Shown: positions 15,820 to 25,546 of the stretch, one piece after another
How the letters are laid out: every line of letters begins with the position of its first letter
How positions within the stretch are numbered: position 1 is the stretch's first letter
DNA from: Ruminococcaceae bacterium UBA7101
Lineage (GTDB): Bacteria > Bacillota > Clostridia > Oscillospirales > Acutalibacteraceae
Reading direction: 5' to 3'
Length of the DNA stretch: 64,000 bases
Assembly (NCBI GenBank): GCA_002493325.1
Contig: DKYL01000004.1
Location: 4,940 to 68,939 of the forward strand
The notes under the pieces: model-generated
Seen by the model: only the letters and a program-made list of their open reading frames with translations
What the model was told of the DNA's origin: nothing
Database searches by the model: none
Program-made: the position numbers and the translations under genes

Positions 15820-18093
15820 TTAATTTTCTGACAGGGCTTCATAAATGCAGTTAAAAACAGGCTTCGGAAGTCTTGCTTTATAAAGTGCTCTGAACAGAGA
15901 ATTCCTGTCAGTTAAGCCGCCGAAAGCTTTATATGCAGCATTCTTTTTCCTGGTGCCGTCCTGCCAGCGTGACATAATATTAATCACCTTATCTCTCGGA
16001 CTTTCAGCCGTCGGAGCTTGAACGTCCTTTACCTCAAGCTCAATGGCATCCTTTGAAAAATCAATAAGGAAATCGTCACAATCCATATCCTTGAAGCAGA
16101 TTTGATACTGCCTGTTTTCGGGAACAACAGACAAATCACCCTCCACCTCTATCGTCAGCCTGGCAGTGTTCGTTTTTTCATCAAAGGTATTTTTAAAAAT
16201 GGTTTTGGCGGTATGCTCGGCAAAATCAGTTTTTCCGTTATCCTCATACATAACAAACTCATGATTACCCTTAAATACCCATACCTCAAGCTTTTGGGGA
16301 TTACTGCTGTCATTGCCGCTGTCAGCAGATAATGGAATAACAGCACCTGCCTTTGCAAGAACAGGGATTGTATAAAGCTCTCTGTTCAGTGTAAGCATCT
16401 GTAAGCCTGAATATTTCTGCAGGGTGAATATATCCGTATATTCACCGTCAGGAATCCAGACCTTCACACTGCCCATACCGACCTCTTTGTTCTGAGGTGA
16501 TGTAATCGGGCAAACCATAAGCTCACTGCCGAACATATATTGATTCGCAACATTATAGGCGTTTTTATCATTCGGGTAGGAATAATACATAGGCTCACAC
16601 AGTGCAATACCGTCACGGTGACACCTGTGGTTCATAGAAAAGATATACGGTATCAGCTTATGTCTGAAATTAAGCCACTCTTTTGCACTCTTATAAACAT
16701 CCTGCCTGTATTTCCATGGTTCCTTTCCAAGCAGCTCAATGGCAGTTGAATGAAGCCTTAATATCGGAGAAAATACACCGAACTGAATCCATCTTAAATA
16801 TAATTCATCATCACGATAGCCCTGATGATGACCGCCTATATCGTGGCTCCACCAGCCATATGCGGCATTGGCTGCATTGGCTGTGAAATACGGCTGAAAA
16901 GCAAGCACCTTCCAGTTGATTGCCGTATCACCCGAAAAGCCCAGCGGATATCTGTGTGAGCCTACACCGCCGTAGCGTGAAAGAATCAGCGGAATATCAC
17001 CGTTCTCGGCATTATCAAGATAGTGATAATGATTAAGGGCAGTCAGCGGGTCAAGTCCTTTGACATCTGAGCTTTTGCCCTGCTGCCAGTCAATCCACCA
17101 GAAATCAACACCGTCCTTTTCATAAGGCTTGTGCAGAATATCAAAATATGAATTCCAGAACGTATCACTGCCGCATCTGAATTTAACAGGCTTTTCCGTA
17201 GAAGGGTCAATGCCGTTTGCCCTTGCCATATCCTCATACATATCCTCAAAGCTTCTCACACCGTCAGCAGGATGAAGATTGAGCGTTATATGCAGATTTT
17301 TTTCTTTTAGCTGTTTCAGAAATTCTTTATAGTCGGGGAAAAGATTTGTATCCCAGGAATACCCTGTCCAGCCGCTGAGCTTTTTGCCGAACTGCTTTTT
17401 AATATCCACCCAGTGCCAATCCATATCAACAGTTGCCACAGTAAGCGGTATACCCTCTTTTTCAAATCTGTCCATTAATGAAAGATATTCCTGCTGTGTA
17501 TAGGCGTGGTATCTGCTCCACCACACACCGAGAGCAAAACGCGGTATTAAAGGAGTCGGTGAGCTGATGGAATAAAACGCCTTAATTGTATCACGATAAT
17601 TCCTGCCATAGGCAAAAACATAGTAATCCTTTGATGCGCCTGTTCGCGGTGCAAACAATCCGTTTTTATCAAGCAGAACGGTTTTGTCCTCAAAAAGATA
17701 CAAGCCCTTTTCTGTAATAAAGCCATCCTCCAGAGGAATTTTGCCAAAGGTATTATCAAGCGTTCTGTAAGTACCCTTTAAATTCTTTTGCTTTGAAAAA
17801 AGCTCTGTCTGTGCATTCTTTTTAAAATATACACTGTAAGGCTTTTTGTTTTTCAGCGTAAGAATGATATCCTCGGTTTCAGCTTTGCACATTGCACCGC
17901 TTTTCGTGATTTTCATATCACCTGCAGGGAATCTACGATTCCATACAGCATAGCTGGCAAGGTCGGTAAATTCACCAATCTCTACCCTCAAAAGCCTTGA
18001 GGTGATATATGTAATTCTCAAATCACCGTCAACATAAATCTGACTGTCGTCAGCCTTTGCATTTGTATGAACAACTAAAGACGTTTTAAGCAT
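15820..18093 (-). CDS. GH31 glycoside hydrolase (GH31_u1-like alpha-glucosidase)
   Basis: PRFALGVWWSRY, VDMDWH, nucleophile region FWWIDWQQG, HRYPLGFSGD, WSHDIGG. No signal peptide. Confidence 0.88.
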   Translation of the reverse strand: MLKTSLVVHTNAKADDSQIYVDGDLRITYITSRLLRVEIGEFTDLASYAVWNRRFPAGDMKITKSGAMCKAETEDIILTLKNKKPYSVYFKKNAQTELFSKQKNLKGTYRTLDNTFGKIPLEDGFITEKGLYLFEDKTVLLDKNGLFAPRTGASKDYYVFAYGRNYRDTIKAFYSISSPTPLIPRFALGVWWSRYHAYTQQEYLSLMDRFEKEGIPLTVATVDMDWHWVDIKKQFGKKLSGWTGYSWDTNLFPDYKEFLKQLKEKNLHITLNLHPADGVRSFEDMYEDMARANGIDPSTEKPVKFRCGSDTFWNSYFDILHKPYEKDGVDFWWIDWQQGKSSDVKGLDPLTALNHYHYLDNAENGDIPLILSRYGGVGSHRYPLGFSGDTAINWKVLAFQPYFTANAANAAYGWWSHDIGGHHQGYRDDELYLRWIQFGVFSPILRLHSTAIELLGKEPWKYRQDVYKSAKEWLNFRHKLIPYIFSMNHRCHRDGIALCEPMYYSYPNDKNAYNVANQYMFGSELMVCPITSPQNKEVGMGSVKVWIPDGEYTDIFTLQKYSGLQMLTLNRELYTIPVLAKAGAVIPLSADSGNDSSNPQKLEVWVFKGNHEFVMYEDNGKTDFAEHTAKTIFKNTFDEKTNTARLTIEVEGDLSVVPENRQYQICFKDMDCDDFLIDFSKDAIELEVKDVQAPTAESPRDKVINIMSRWQDGTRKKNAAYKAFGGLTDRNSLFRALYKARLPKPVFNCIYEALSEN

Positions 18094-18105
18094 TGCTCTG
18101 CCTCC

Positions 18106-20172
18106 TTAAATAAAACTGCAAGAATTAAAATCAAATACAGTATCAGATTTATCGGTCTGATACGTATTTCCATCATAAATAACAGAAATTCCCTTTTGGT
18201 TTGCTGTTATATCAAAGCATTTTGAAAACAGCCTTATATTCTGCAGGGAAATATCACTGCACGCCTTGCTTAACTGCGGATTAATTCTCAGCTTATTCAG
18301 CCCCACTGCCTTCAGACCGAAAAGCCCTTCGGTAATAATTCTTGCAAACAGCAGACTTTCTGCCGCAAGGTGTGCTCTGTTGCCTTCGGGATAAGCCTCA
18401 AACGGGTACGGGCAGTGAGAGCCTAAGAGCCTGTTTTTACAGTAGTAAATAGTTTCTTCGATTCCTTTTTCAGCATAGCCGGCAAGAAATGTTCCTCTGA
18501 GGGCAAAAAGCAGAGATCTGTCCCACGTGGTGTTATTGGCAGAGGTTGATTTCATCATACCATTATTGTAAAGCCTTGGTGAAAACAGCGCTTTAATCGT
18601 CTGATCTGCCCTGTCAAATATACCCACTGTAAGGGGCATACATATCCACGAGCGCAAATCCTTATTACCATCGTAATATCTGTAAGTGTCAAAGCCCTCA
18701 ACATTTGAACCGAAATAGCTTTCAATGGCAGCTTTCAGCTTTTCTCTTTCGCTTTCCCATAGCTGCTTGTGCACATTATCACCGACAATTTCTGCTAATA
18801 CAGCAGCATTACCCAGTGCATCATAGGTTATGCAGGAGGTAAACAGATTCGCATTGCCCGATTCAAACCTGTTTTCAAGTTCATCGGAATCACTGGCAAT
18901 TACACCGTTTGCATTCTTGCGTGAAAGTGCAAAATCAAGACACCACACAAGGTTATCCCAAAATCTGTCAATCAGCTTAACATCACTCATTTCCAGCAGG
19001 AATCTTGAAATACCATAGGCATACATTTCACCGTCGCCCCTGTCCTTTGCTCCGTTCCAGAAGCCGTCGCCCTCAGCAATAATGCTTGTAACAAGTGCAC
19101 GCTTATCCTTCATCGGCTTATCGGATTTATCCATATACTTTTCATAAAGCGAATAGCAGTTTATGCTCTGCTCTATGCCTGCCTGATAGCCTGAAAACGG
19201 AAAGAACGGGTTTGCATATTCACACTGGTCATTTGTCCACAAAGCGGCATAATAATTACCGCCGCCGGGGCTGTGCATAAGACCGCTTTTGGTTTTGAAT
19301 ATGCTTTCACTGCCTCTTAAAATACAGTGAGATAGCTGTGCATCCAACTCAGGATATGGTGTTTTAAGCTTTAATGATGTAAACATTTCATCAACAAAAC
19401 TTCTGCGTGCATTGATTTCCTCACTGACAGAAAATGCAGGCAGCAGCTTATTCTGATATGCATAATAAACACAATAGAACTTTAAGCTTTCATTAGGTCT
19501 GAGTATAAATTTACGGCTGCGTTTCTCCGCTGATTTAAAGGTATCATCAAACAAAACAGAGCATTGGGCTGTTATTTTGCCGCCGATACACCAAAATTCA
19601 TTTAATACCTTACTGTATTTTTCTGCTTGAACACTATATTCCTGCGAAAACCTTGACACATTCACAACTGTAACAGCCTCAATCAGTGCCCCATAATTCA
19701 CAGCAGGCAAAAGCTCACGTATTGTTTTTGTTTCACAATCTGCATTTGATTCAATCCTCAGATTGCCTTTAATACTTATAAACGCAGGGTATTCATTGAT
19801 TTTCCGTCCATTCACCGCAACATTGAAAACGTCACCATTGAAATTATGACTGAAGGAAGAGCCTGTCAGATTAGGCTGAAAGCGCAGGGTCGGAACTGTA
19901 AGATGCCTCATCAAGCGCAGTCTGCCTGCTTTGTCATTACCATAGCTGATTATGGATGAGGCGTAAAAGCCTGCCATTTCAATATGATCGCTGACACCGC
20001 AGCCGTCATTTTTTATATTCCATAAAACCTCGCTGTTATCACCAAGATAACGGCTTCTTTTAACACTGAGCATATTTGCTTTCGGCTTTGCCCAGGATGC
20101 AAATGGACTTGGTCTTAATGCCAAATCGTGAAAGGCATATATTTTTTGTTTCAAATCAATTTTCATCTGCAC
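18106..20172 (-). CDS. Six-hairpin glycosidase-like protein
   Basis: MHSPGGGNYYAALWTNDQCEY, DRGD, SDSDELENRF, YRYYDGN..LRSWICMPL, YPFEAYPEGN in a glycan cluster. Family uncertain. Confidence 0.65.
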   Translation of the reverse strand: MQMKIDLKQKIYAFHDLALRPSPFASWAKPKANMLSVKRSRYLGDNSEVLWNIKNDGCGVSDHIEMAGFYASSIISYGNDKAGRLRLMRHLTVPTLRFQPNLTGSSFSHNFNGDVFNVAVNGRKINEYPAFISIKGNLRIESNADCETKTIRELLPAVNYGALIEAVTVVNVSRFSQEYSVQAEKYSKVLNEFWCIGGKITAQCSVLFDDTFKSAEKRSRKFILRPNESLKFYCVYYAYQNKLLPAFSVSEEINARRSFVDEMFTSLKLKTPYPELDAQLSHCILRGSESIFKTKSGLMHSPGGGNYYAALWTNDQCEYANPFFPFSGYQAGIEQSINCYSLYEKYMDKSDKPMKDKRALVTSIIAEGDGFWNGAKDRGDGEMYAYGISRFLLEMSDVKLIDRFWDNLVWCLDFALSRKNANGVIASDSDELENRFESGNANLFTSCITYDALGNAAVLAEIVGDNVHKQLWESEREKLKAAIESYFGSNVEGFDTYRYYDGNKDLRSWICMPLTVGIFDRADQTIKALFSPRLYNNGMMKSTSANNTTWDRSLLFALRGTFLAGYAEKGIEETIYYCKNRLLGSHCPYPFEAYPEGNRAHLAAESLLFARIITEGLFGLKAVGLNKLRINPQLSKACSDISLQNIRLFSKCFDITANQKGISVIYDGNTYQTDKSDTVFDFNSCSFI

Positions 20173-21580
20173 GCACCTTCAAATCCTCAATAATTTTTTG
20201 ATGATCCTTTTCCTTAAGGTCATAGAAAAACATGGGGATTACACAAATAACACAGCTTATAATTGTTGTAATAATTAAAACATTGAAAATCGGAGTTCTC
20301 ACCGCAGCATCATACAAAACGGTATAATCCTTCTCAAGTCCGTAATGCTCATAGAAATACGGAATAATCAGACCTGTGAACATACCTGCAAGGGTTGTGA
20401 GCATTCCGCCCAGCTGTGTAATAAAGCCCTCTAACCTGACACCTGTTTTCCACTGCTGATAGTCAAAAATTTCTGCAGTCATTGAGGTTGTAATAACACT
20501 GTCACCGCCGAGTGTAAGTGTTGCAAGATACAGACAAATAAAGAATACAATGGTGTTATTCATTGTGAACAGCATAACAACACAGAATGCTGCACGTATA
20601 AGATTGGTCCAGATTAAAACATTTCTCTTGCCTAATTTTTTGGCAAGCAGAGGTGCAAGAAGCATAAGCGGTACGGACGCTGTACCGATAACCGTATTCA
20701 TAATGCCGAGCATTTCATCACTTTTTATCTGATAAATACAGTACCAGCCGAGAATAGAGCCAATGCCGTATTTAAGTCCGCTCAGAATAGAATGAACATT
20801 AATCAGCCAGAAATACTTATTTTTTGCAACCTGCTTAATACCCTCGCTGAATTTAACCTTTGCCACATAGTCCTTGGCAACTACAATCTTTTCTTTTGTT
20901 CCGCTGAAGGTGATGATACTTAAAGCGATACCGACGATTGAGAATACAGGGAAGAATATCCGATAGGTTTTAAAATCGGTCATACCGCCTGTCAAGCCTG
21001 AAAGTATCGGAAGAAGCATATTAACAATGGACGGACCTAAGCTGTAAATGAACATACTTACAGAGAGCAGACTTGTTCGTTCCTCACCGTTAGGCGTTAG
21101 AACCTGTGCAAGGCTTGTAAATGCCTGTGCATAAAGTGACTGAAATATCATCAGAAAGGCATATGTAATACTGATAACGGCAACCTTTGTCCAATATTGA
21201 ATATCATTGGGCAAAAATGCCATAAGACAAAGAAGTATTGCAGTAGGCACGCCTGTATATAAAAGATAAGGTCTGAATTTGCCGTACTTTGAATTTGTAT
21301 TGTCAATCATCATACTGATAAAAGGTGCTTTTATCATATTGATAATACCCATAAGTACATTAAGATATGCAAGATGTGTGGGCTGGATACCATAGGCAGA
21401 GCCTATAAGCAGACAGTTGGCATTCAGTGCAACATAACCGAAAAGCGAATTTATCGTGTTAACACCTATTCCGCCGACACTGTATGCGGCAAATTCCTTA
21501 TAGGGTATATATTTACCCTCTGCAGGCTTTTTCCAGTGTGACGTAATATCCGTCACAATACCTCTGATTTTTTCAATCAT
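20156..21580 (-). CDS. GPH-family MFS transporter (no C-terminal extension)
   Basis: IDNTNSKYGKFRPY, LTPNGEER, DYQQWKTGVRLEG. About 12 TM segments. Paralogue of 98..2632 and 25543..27729. Confidence 0.9.
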   Translation of the reverse strand: MIEKIRGIVTDITSHWKKPAEGKYIPYKEFAAYSVGGIGVNTINSLFGYVALNANCLLIGSAYGIQPTHLAYLNVLMGIINMIKAPFISMMIDNTNSKYGKFRPYLLYTGVPTAILLCLMAFLPNDIQYWTKVAVISITYAFLMIFQSLYAQAFTSLAQVLTPNGEERTSLLSVSMFIYSLGPSIVNMLLPILSGLTGGMTDFKTYRIFFPVFSIVGIALSIITFSGTKEKIVVAKDYVAKVKFSEGIKQVAKNKYFWLINVHSILSGLKYGIGSILGWYCIYQIKSDEMLGIMNTVIGTASVPLMLLAPLLAKKLGKRNVLIWTNLIRAAFCVVMLFTMNNTIVFFICLYLATLTLGGDSVITTSMTAEIFDYQQWKTGVRLEGFITQLGGMLTTLAGMFTGLIIPYFYEHYGLEKDYTVLYDAAVRTPIFNVLIITTIISCVICVIPMFFYDLKEKDHQKIIEDLKVRADEN

Positions 21581-21608
21581 AAAATTTCCCCCATTATTTA
21601 TAATCTAC

Positions 21609-22862
21609 TTATTTTCCACTTTTGGAAAAGAGCTTTTGCTGCAGGTCATAGATAACTGGATTCTGCTCAATACCCTCCATGAACATTCCTGTACCGACAA
21701 CATTGGCACCGCCTGATTTCAGCTTGAGATACCTGTTTTGGCAGTGAAGTTTCAGCTTGCCCTGCATAGCATTCTTACCGCCGAAATTATGGAGCATTCC
21801 CGCAACAACAGGATAGCCCCAGAGATTTCTGAATTTTACCGTTTTTTCAGAATCAATATCAAGCAGAAGCAAACGATTCCTTGGTACAGCCTTTACAATG
21901 TGCTTTCGCATTGACCAGGTCTGCATAACCCATACAGACTCCCTGTCAAAAGTTTCATACATTTTATTAATCGTTTTTCCTACCGACCTTAAATACCAGA
22001 ACCACAGCTTAGGCGGTGTGCCCTCGTGAAACGGGTCACAGGCAAAATAATGATAATTGCCAATAAGCTTTTCAAGCTTGTTAAGATAGGCACTGCCAAA
22101 TTCAAGAAAAAAGGGAGCGGTGGGGTCAAGCTGTGCAGTTTCAGGAAAACGGCACCAACCCCTTTGCTCTAATATTCTGACATTTGGTAGCTTTGTTTTG
22201 AAACGCATAGGAACGTGACCTGAAAATCCCTGCTGAATCGGCTGCATACCGAATTCAGCACACCTTTCAAGTATTTTCCTGCCAAGCTCCAGACGATGAT
22301 AAACATATGCCTTGTCAGGCGGAGGGAGATACCCCTCTATATTAGTCATAAGCTGCCACGCCCAGAAGGCAGGACCCGAAACCCAGTCAAGTGCCTCACG
22401 TTCGGTAAAGCCATAGTCAAGCAGCAGCTCAAACCAAACCGCCTCAGTACCGATTACGGCAAGGGGCATATTAATGCCGTTCATTGCCATAAAATCTATT
22501 TCCTGCTCCCAGCGTTCAAAATCCCACCAGCACATTGAATAATCAAGCGTGCAGTAATTCATATAAACTCTGAATTTCTGCTCAATGGTGCGGCTTAGTG
22601 TTCCGTCAAACATAGCAAGCTCTTTAATGCGGATTTTTCTGTTGCCGCACCAGGAAAGCTGAACACCGCAGTATTTTTTCAAATAGTCGTAAATGCCTGT
22701 AAAGGCAGAGATATAGTTGTTAGCCCTAACAAACACTCTGCCTTTATTGGCAGATATTGTGTAGCAGTCCTGAGCACCGCCCACAATATCCACGTCTATA
22801 TTATTTTTAAAATCACATAGATTTCTTTCTAAAAATCCAGCAACAATCTTATCCATAAACAT
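21609..22862 (-). CDS. Alpha-N-acetylglucosaminidase (GH89), C-terminally truncated; possible pseudogene
   Basis: YMNYCTLDYSMCWWDFERWEQEIDFMAMNGINMPL, DPFHE, MLHNFGG, MEGIEQNPVIYDL. Ends 9 residues later, without the C-terminal helical domain. Confidence 0.85.
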   Translation of the reverse strand: MFMDKIVAGFLERNLCDFKNNIDVDIVGGAQDCYTISANKGRVFVRANNYISAFTGIYDYLKKYCGVQLSWCGNRKIRIKELAMFDGTLSRTIEQKFRVYMNYCTLDYSMCWWDFERWEQEIDFMAMNGINMPLAVIGTEAVWFELLLDYGFTEREALDWVSGPAFWAWQLMTNIEGYLPPPDKAYVYHRLELGRKILERCAEFGMQPIQQGFSGHVPMRFKTKLPNVRILEQRGWCRFPETAQLDPTAPFFLEFGSAYLNKLEKLIGNYHYFACDPFHEGTPPKLWFWYLRSVGKTINKMYETFDRESVWVMQTWSMRKHIVKAVPRNRLLLLDIDSEKTVKFRNLWGYPVVAGMLHNFGGKNAMQGKLKLHCQNRYLKLKSGGANVVGTGMFMEGIEQNPVIYDLQQKLFSKSGK

Positions 22863-24640
22863 TAACCCAAATTATGCTTATCCGTTATGGAAATCTTCGG
22901 CTGATTATAGCCTTCCATTTCAAGAACTATAATTTCATTGTTATCCTTGAGAAGAGCACCGGGAAGATAGAGTGACCTCTGCGGTCCCACATTCCAGTAC
23001 CTGCCAAGGTTAAAGCCGTTCACCCAGACATAGCCCTTTTTGAAGCCGTCAAGATGAACAAAGCAGTCAGACTTTGAAGCAGCTTTAAAGCTGCCCTTCA
23101 TAAATAACGGCAGACTGTCGGATTTTGTACCGTACGCAAGCTTGTCAAGATTATCAAGAGGCATTGTGTAAACATCATAACCCATCTGCCTCTGATTGCC
23201 GATATAAATATCGGTTATTCCCTTTCTGTCAAGCATACATTCGCCATAGTTGACCCTGCCCATTGCATCAACAAGCACACCGATTTTTCTGTCACCCTTG
23301 AGTGCAGGCATAAGGAACTTTTCTTCCTTAGCAAAACCAAGCAGAGCCTTAATGCCCTTTTTCTTTACAGTATATTCTGTTCTGTCAATCCTCTTTTTCA
23401 GCTTGGAATCAAAATAAACATAGCCGAAATCGTGAACATTTCTTATACTGATTGGTGAAATATCATATTTGCCGCTGAGTACGGTTTCATAATAAATCAG
23501 TCCGAAATTCTGACCAAAATATTCCATACCTTCAGGCACAGCAGCTCTGTGCTTTTGGGCAATATTATCAAGATTTTCAAAAAGCGGTGCAAATTCAGTA
23601 AGCTTAACATCACCGATGGACTGCAGTGCAGGTGATGCGGGAAGTTCCTTCATCTCAAGTCCCTGATGCTCACAGAGGATTTTTCTTACCTCGTGATAAG
23701 CAGGCGTATAATCACCCCACTCATTCAGGAGTGCACAGTAATCGTAGCTTGTTACAGTCGGCTCATAGCCCTTGCCGGGATTCTGGTTTGCACCTGCAGT
23801 AAAGCCGAAATTTGTTCCGCCGTGGAACATATAGAAATTAAAGCTTGCACCGATATCAAGAAAATCTTTAATTTCCTTGCCCACAGATGCTGCGTCCCTT
23901 GTATGGTGAATGTCACGCCAGTGGTCAAACCAGCCGCACCAGAATTCACCGCACATATTCGGTCCGTCATTTTCAAAATCCTTTAAACAGCCAAAGGCAG
24001 TTTTTGCCTTTGAGCCGAAATTGAGCACCTTATAAATATGAGGTAATGAACCGCCTGAAAGCATATTCTTCCAATTACCGTCTGAGGTAAAGTATAAAAC
24101 ATCAATACCGCAGTCCTGCATAAGCTTTTCAATAAAGGTCAGGTATTCCTTATCATTGCCGTAAGAGCCATATTCATTTTCAACCTGCATTGCAATGATG
24201 TTGCCGCCGTTTGTTGCAAGATGCGGAACGAGCTTGGGAAGCAGTTCCCTGTAAAATCTCTCAACACAAGCCATATAGTCAGGATAACAGCAGCGAATCT
24301 GCATATTCTTATCCTTTAACAGCCATGCAGGCAGACCGCCGAAATCCCACTCAGCACATATGTATGGACCGGGACGCACAATACAGTAAAGTCCGACCTT
24401 TTCAGCGGTTTCAACAAACCTGACAATATCAAGCATTCCGTCAAAGCAGAATTCTCCGGGCTTCGGTTCGTGCAGATTCCAGCACACATAGGTTTCAACG
24501 GTATTAAAGCCTGCAAGCTTCAGCTTTGTGAGCCTATCCTCCCAGTATTCAGGCAAAATGCGGAAATAATGCATTGCTCCCGAATAAATACTGAAGGGCT
24601 TGCCATCCATATAAAACTGATTATTTTTAATTTCTAACAT
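22862..24640 (-). CDS. Beta-galactosidase (GH35)
   Basis: SGAMHYFR, YVCWNLHEP, RPGPYICAEW, QVENEYG, GEFWCGWFD, YMFHGGTNFG, GFNLGRYW. No signal peptide. Confidence 0.95.
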   Translation of the reverse strand: MLEIKNNQFYMDGKPFSIYSGAMHYFRILPEYWEDRLTKLKLAGFNTVETYVCWNLHEPKPGEFCFDGMLDIVRFVETAEKVGLYCIVRPGPYICAEWDFGGLPAWLLKDKNMQIRCCYPDYMACVERFYRELLPKLVPHLATNGGNIIAMQVENEYGSYGNDKEYLTFIEKLMQDCGIDVLYFTSDGNWKNMLSGGSLPHIYKVLNFGSKAKTAFGCLKDFENDGPNMCGEFWCGWFDHWRDIHHTRDAASVGKEIKDFLDIGASFNFYMFHGGTNFGFTAGANQNPGKGYEPTVTSYDYCALLNEWGDYTPAYHEVRKILCEHQGLEMKELPASPALQSIGDVKLTEFAPLFENLDNIAQKHRAAVPEGMEYFGQNFGLIYYETVLSGKYDISPISIRNVHDFGYVYFDSKLKKRIDRTEYTVKKKGIKALLGFAKEEKFLMPALKGDRKIGVLVDAMGRVNYGECMLDRKGITDIYIGNQRQMGYDVYTMPLDNLDKLAYGTKSDSLPLFMKGSFKAASKSDCFVHLDGFKKGYVWVNGFNLGRYWNVGPQRSLYLPGALLKDNNEIIVLEMEGYNQPKISITDKHNLG

Positions 24641-24715
24641 ATATGCACCTCAAAACAACTAATTTTTTATAAGCATATAATACAAAACAATTCTTGTCAA
24701 TTGTTTTCGGTGTAT

Positions 24716-25546
24716 TTACGCATTAACCCACGGTTGGGCATCATAGGACGGCATATTGACAATCGGACCGTAGTAAACGGTTTCCAATTTATAGATTTCC
24801 TTGTCAGCCGAAATACCGCCGCCGAGCTTTTCCTCCGCATAGATGACAATGGATGCAAAGCGGTCATAGGCGAACTCCATAGTGGCATACTTTGAGCCGC
24901 TGAACACAGAGTCTTCGCCAAATTCAGCCTTATATCTTTCAAGATATTCGTCTGTTACGGCAAATGAAAATTTTATGGTTTTACCCTTATGCTCCATCAG
25001 ATCATTGTCAATATCAAAAATCATATCGTCAACTGTAAGATATTCAAACTCCTTAAGCATTGCAGCAAGTGAATACTTATTTTTAAAGCTGTCACTGTTC
25101 ACATAGTCCTGAGGAGTCATTTCTGATTTTCTGTAATTTACAGCATTGCCCGCATCATCAAAATCATTTTCAAAAAGGTAATTCTTATCACCGTCATTAC
25201 CCGATGATTTGCCGCAAAGTGCTTTATAAACATTCTTTTTATTATATTCCTCAAGCACGTCAATCTTCATATTTGCAAGCTCACCGTTTTCATCACGGAT
25301 GACCTCATACTTTTTATCAATCTCGGCAAAAACATTGCAGGTTTTCCAGGAGGTATGGTCAGAAGCATTAACAGTTTCCTTCCAGTAATAAAGCTCCTCA
25401 CTCAGTGAATTTTCAAATACCTTGGGATAAATAGCCTTCAGCTCCTCAACAGAATAGGAGTTAAGTGAACAGCCGCCTGCCGAAACTATCAGCAAAAGTG
25501 CAAGTACAAGACCGACTAATTTAATAAAATGCTTTTTCGTCATCAC
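24716..25546 (-). CDS. Lipoprotein of unknown function, translationally coupled to the upstream MFS
   Basis: Signal peptide ending in SAGGC. Start overlaps the TGA stop of the MFS gene. RBS GGAAGGAGA. Confidence 0.8.
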   Translation of the reverse strand: MMTKKHFIKLVGLVLALLLIVSAGGCSLNSYSVEELKAIYPKVFENSLSEELYYWKETVNASDHTSWKTCNVFAEIDKKYEVIRDENGELANMKIDVLEEYNKKNVYKALCGKSSGNDGDKNYLFENDFDDAGNAVNYRKSEMTPQDYVNSDSFKNKYSLAAMLKEFEYLTVDDMIFDIDNDLMEHKGKTIKFSFAVTDEYLERYKAEFGEDSVFSGSKYATMEFAYDRFASIVIYAEEKLGGGISADKEIYKLETVYYGPIVNMPSYDAQPWVNA

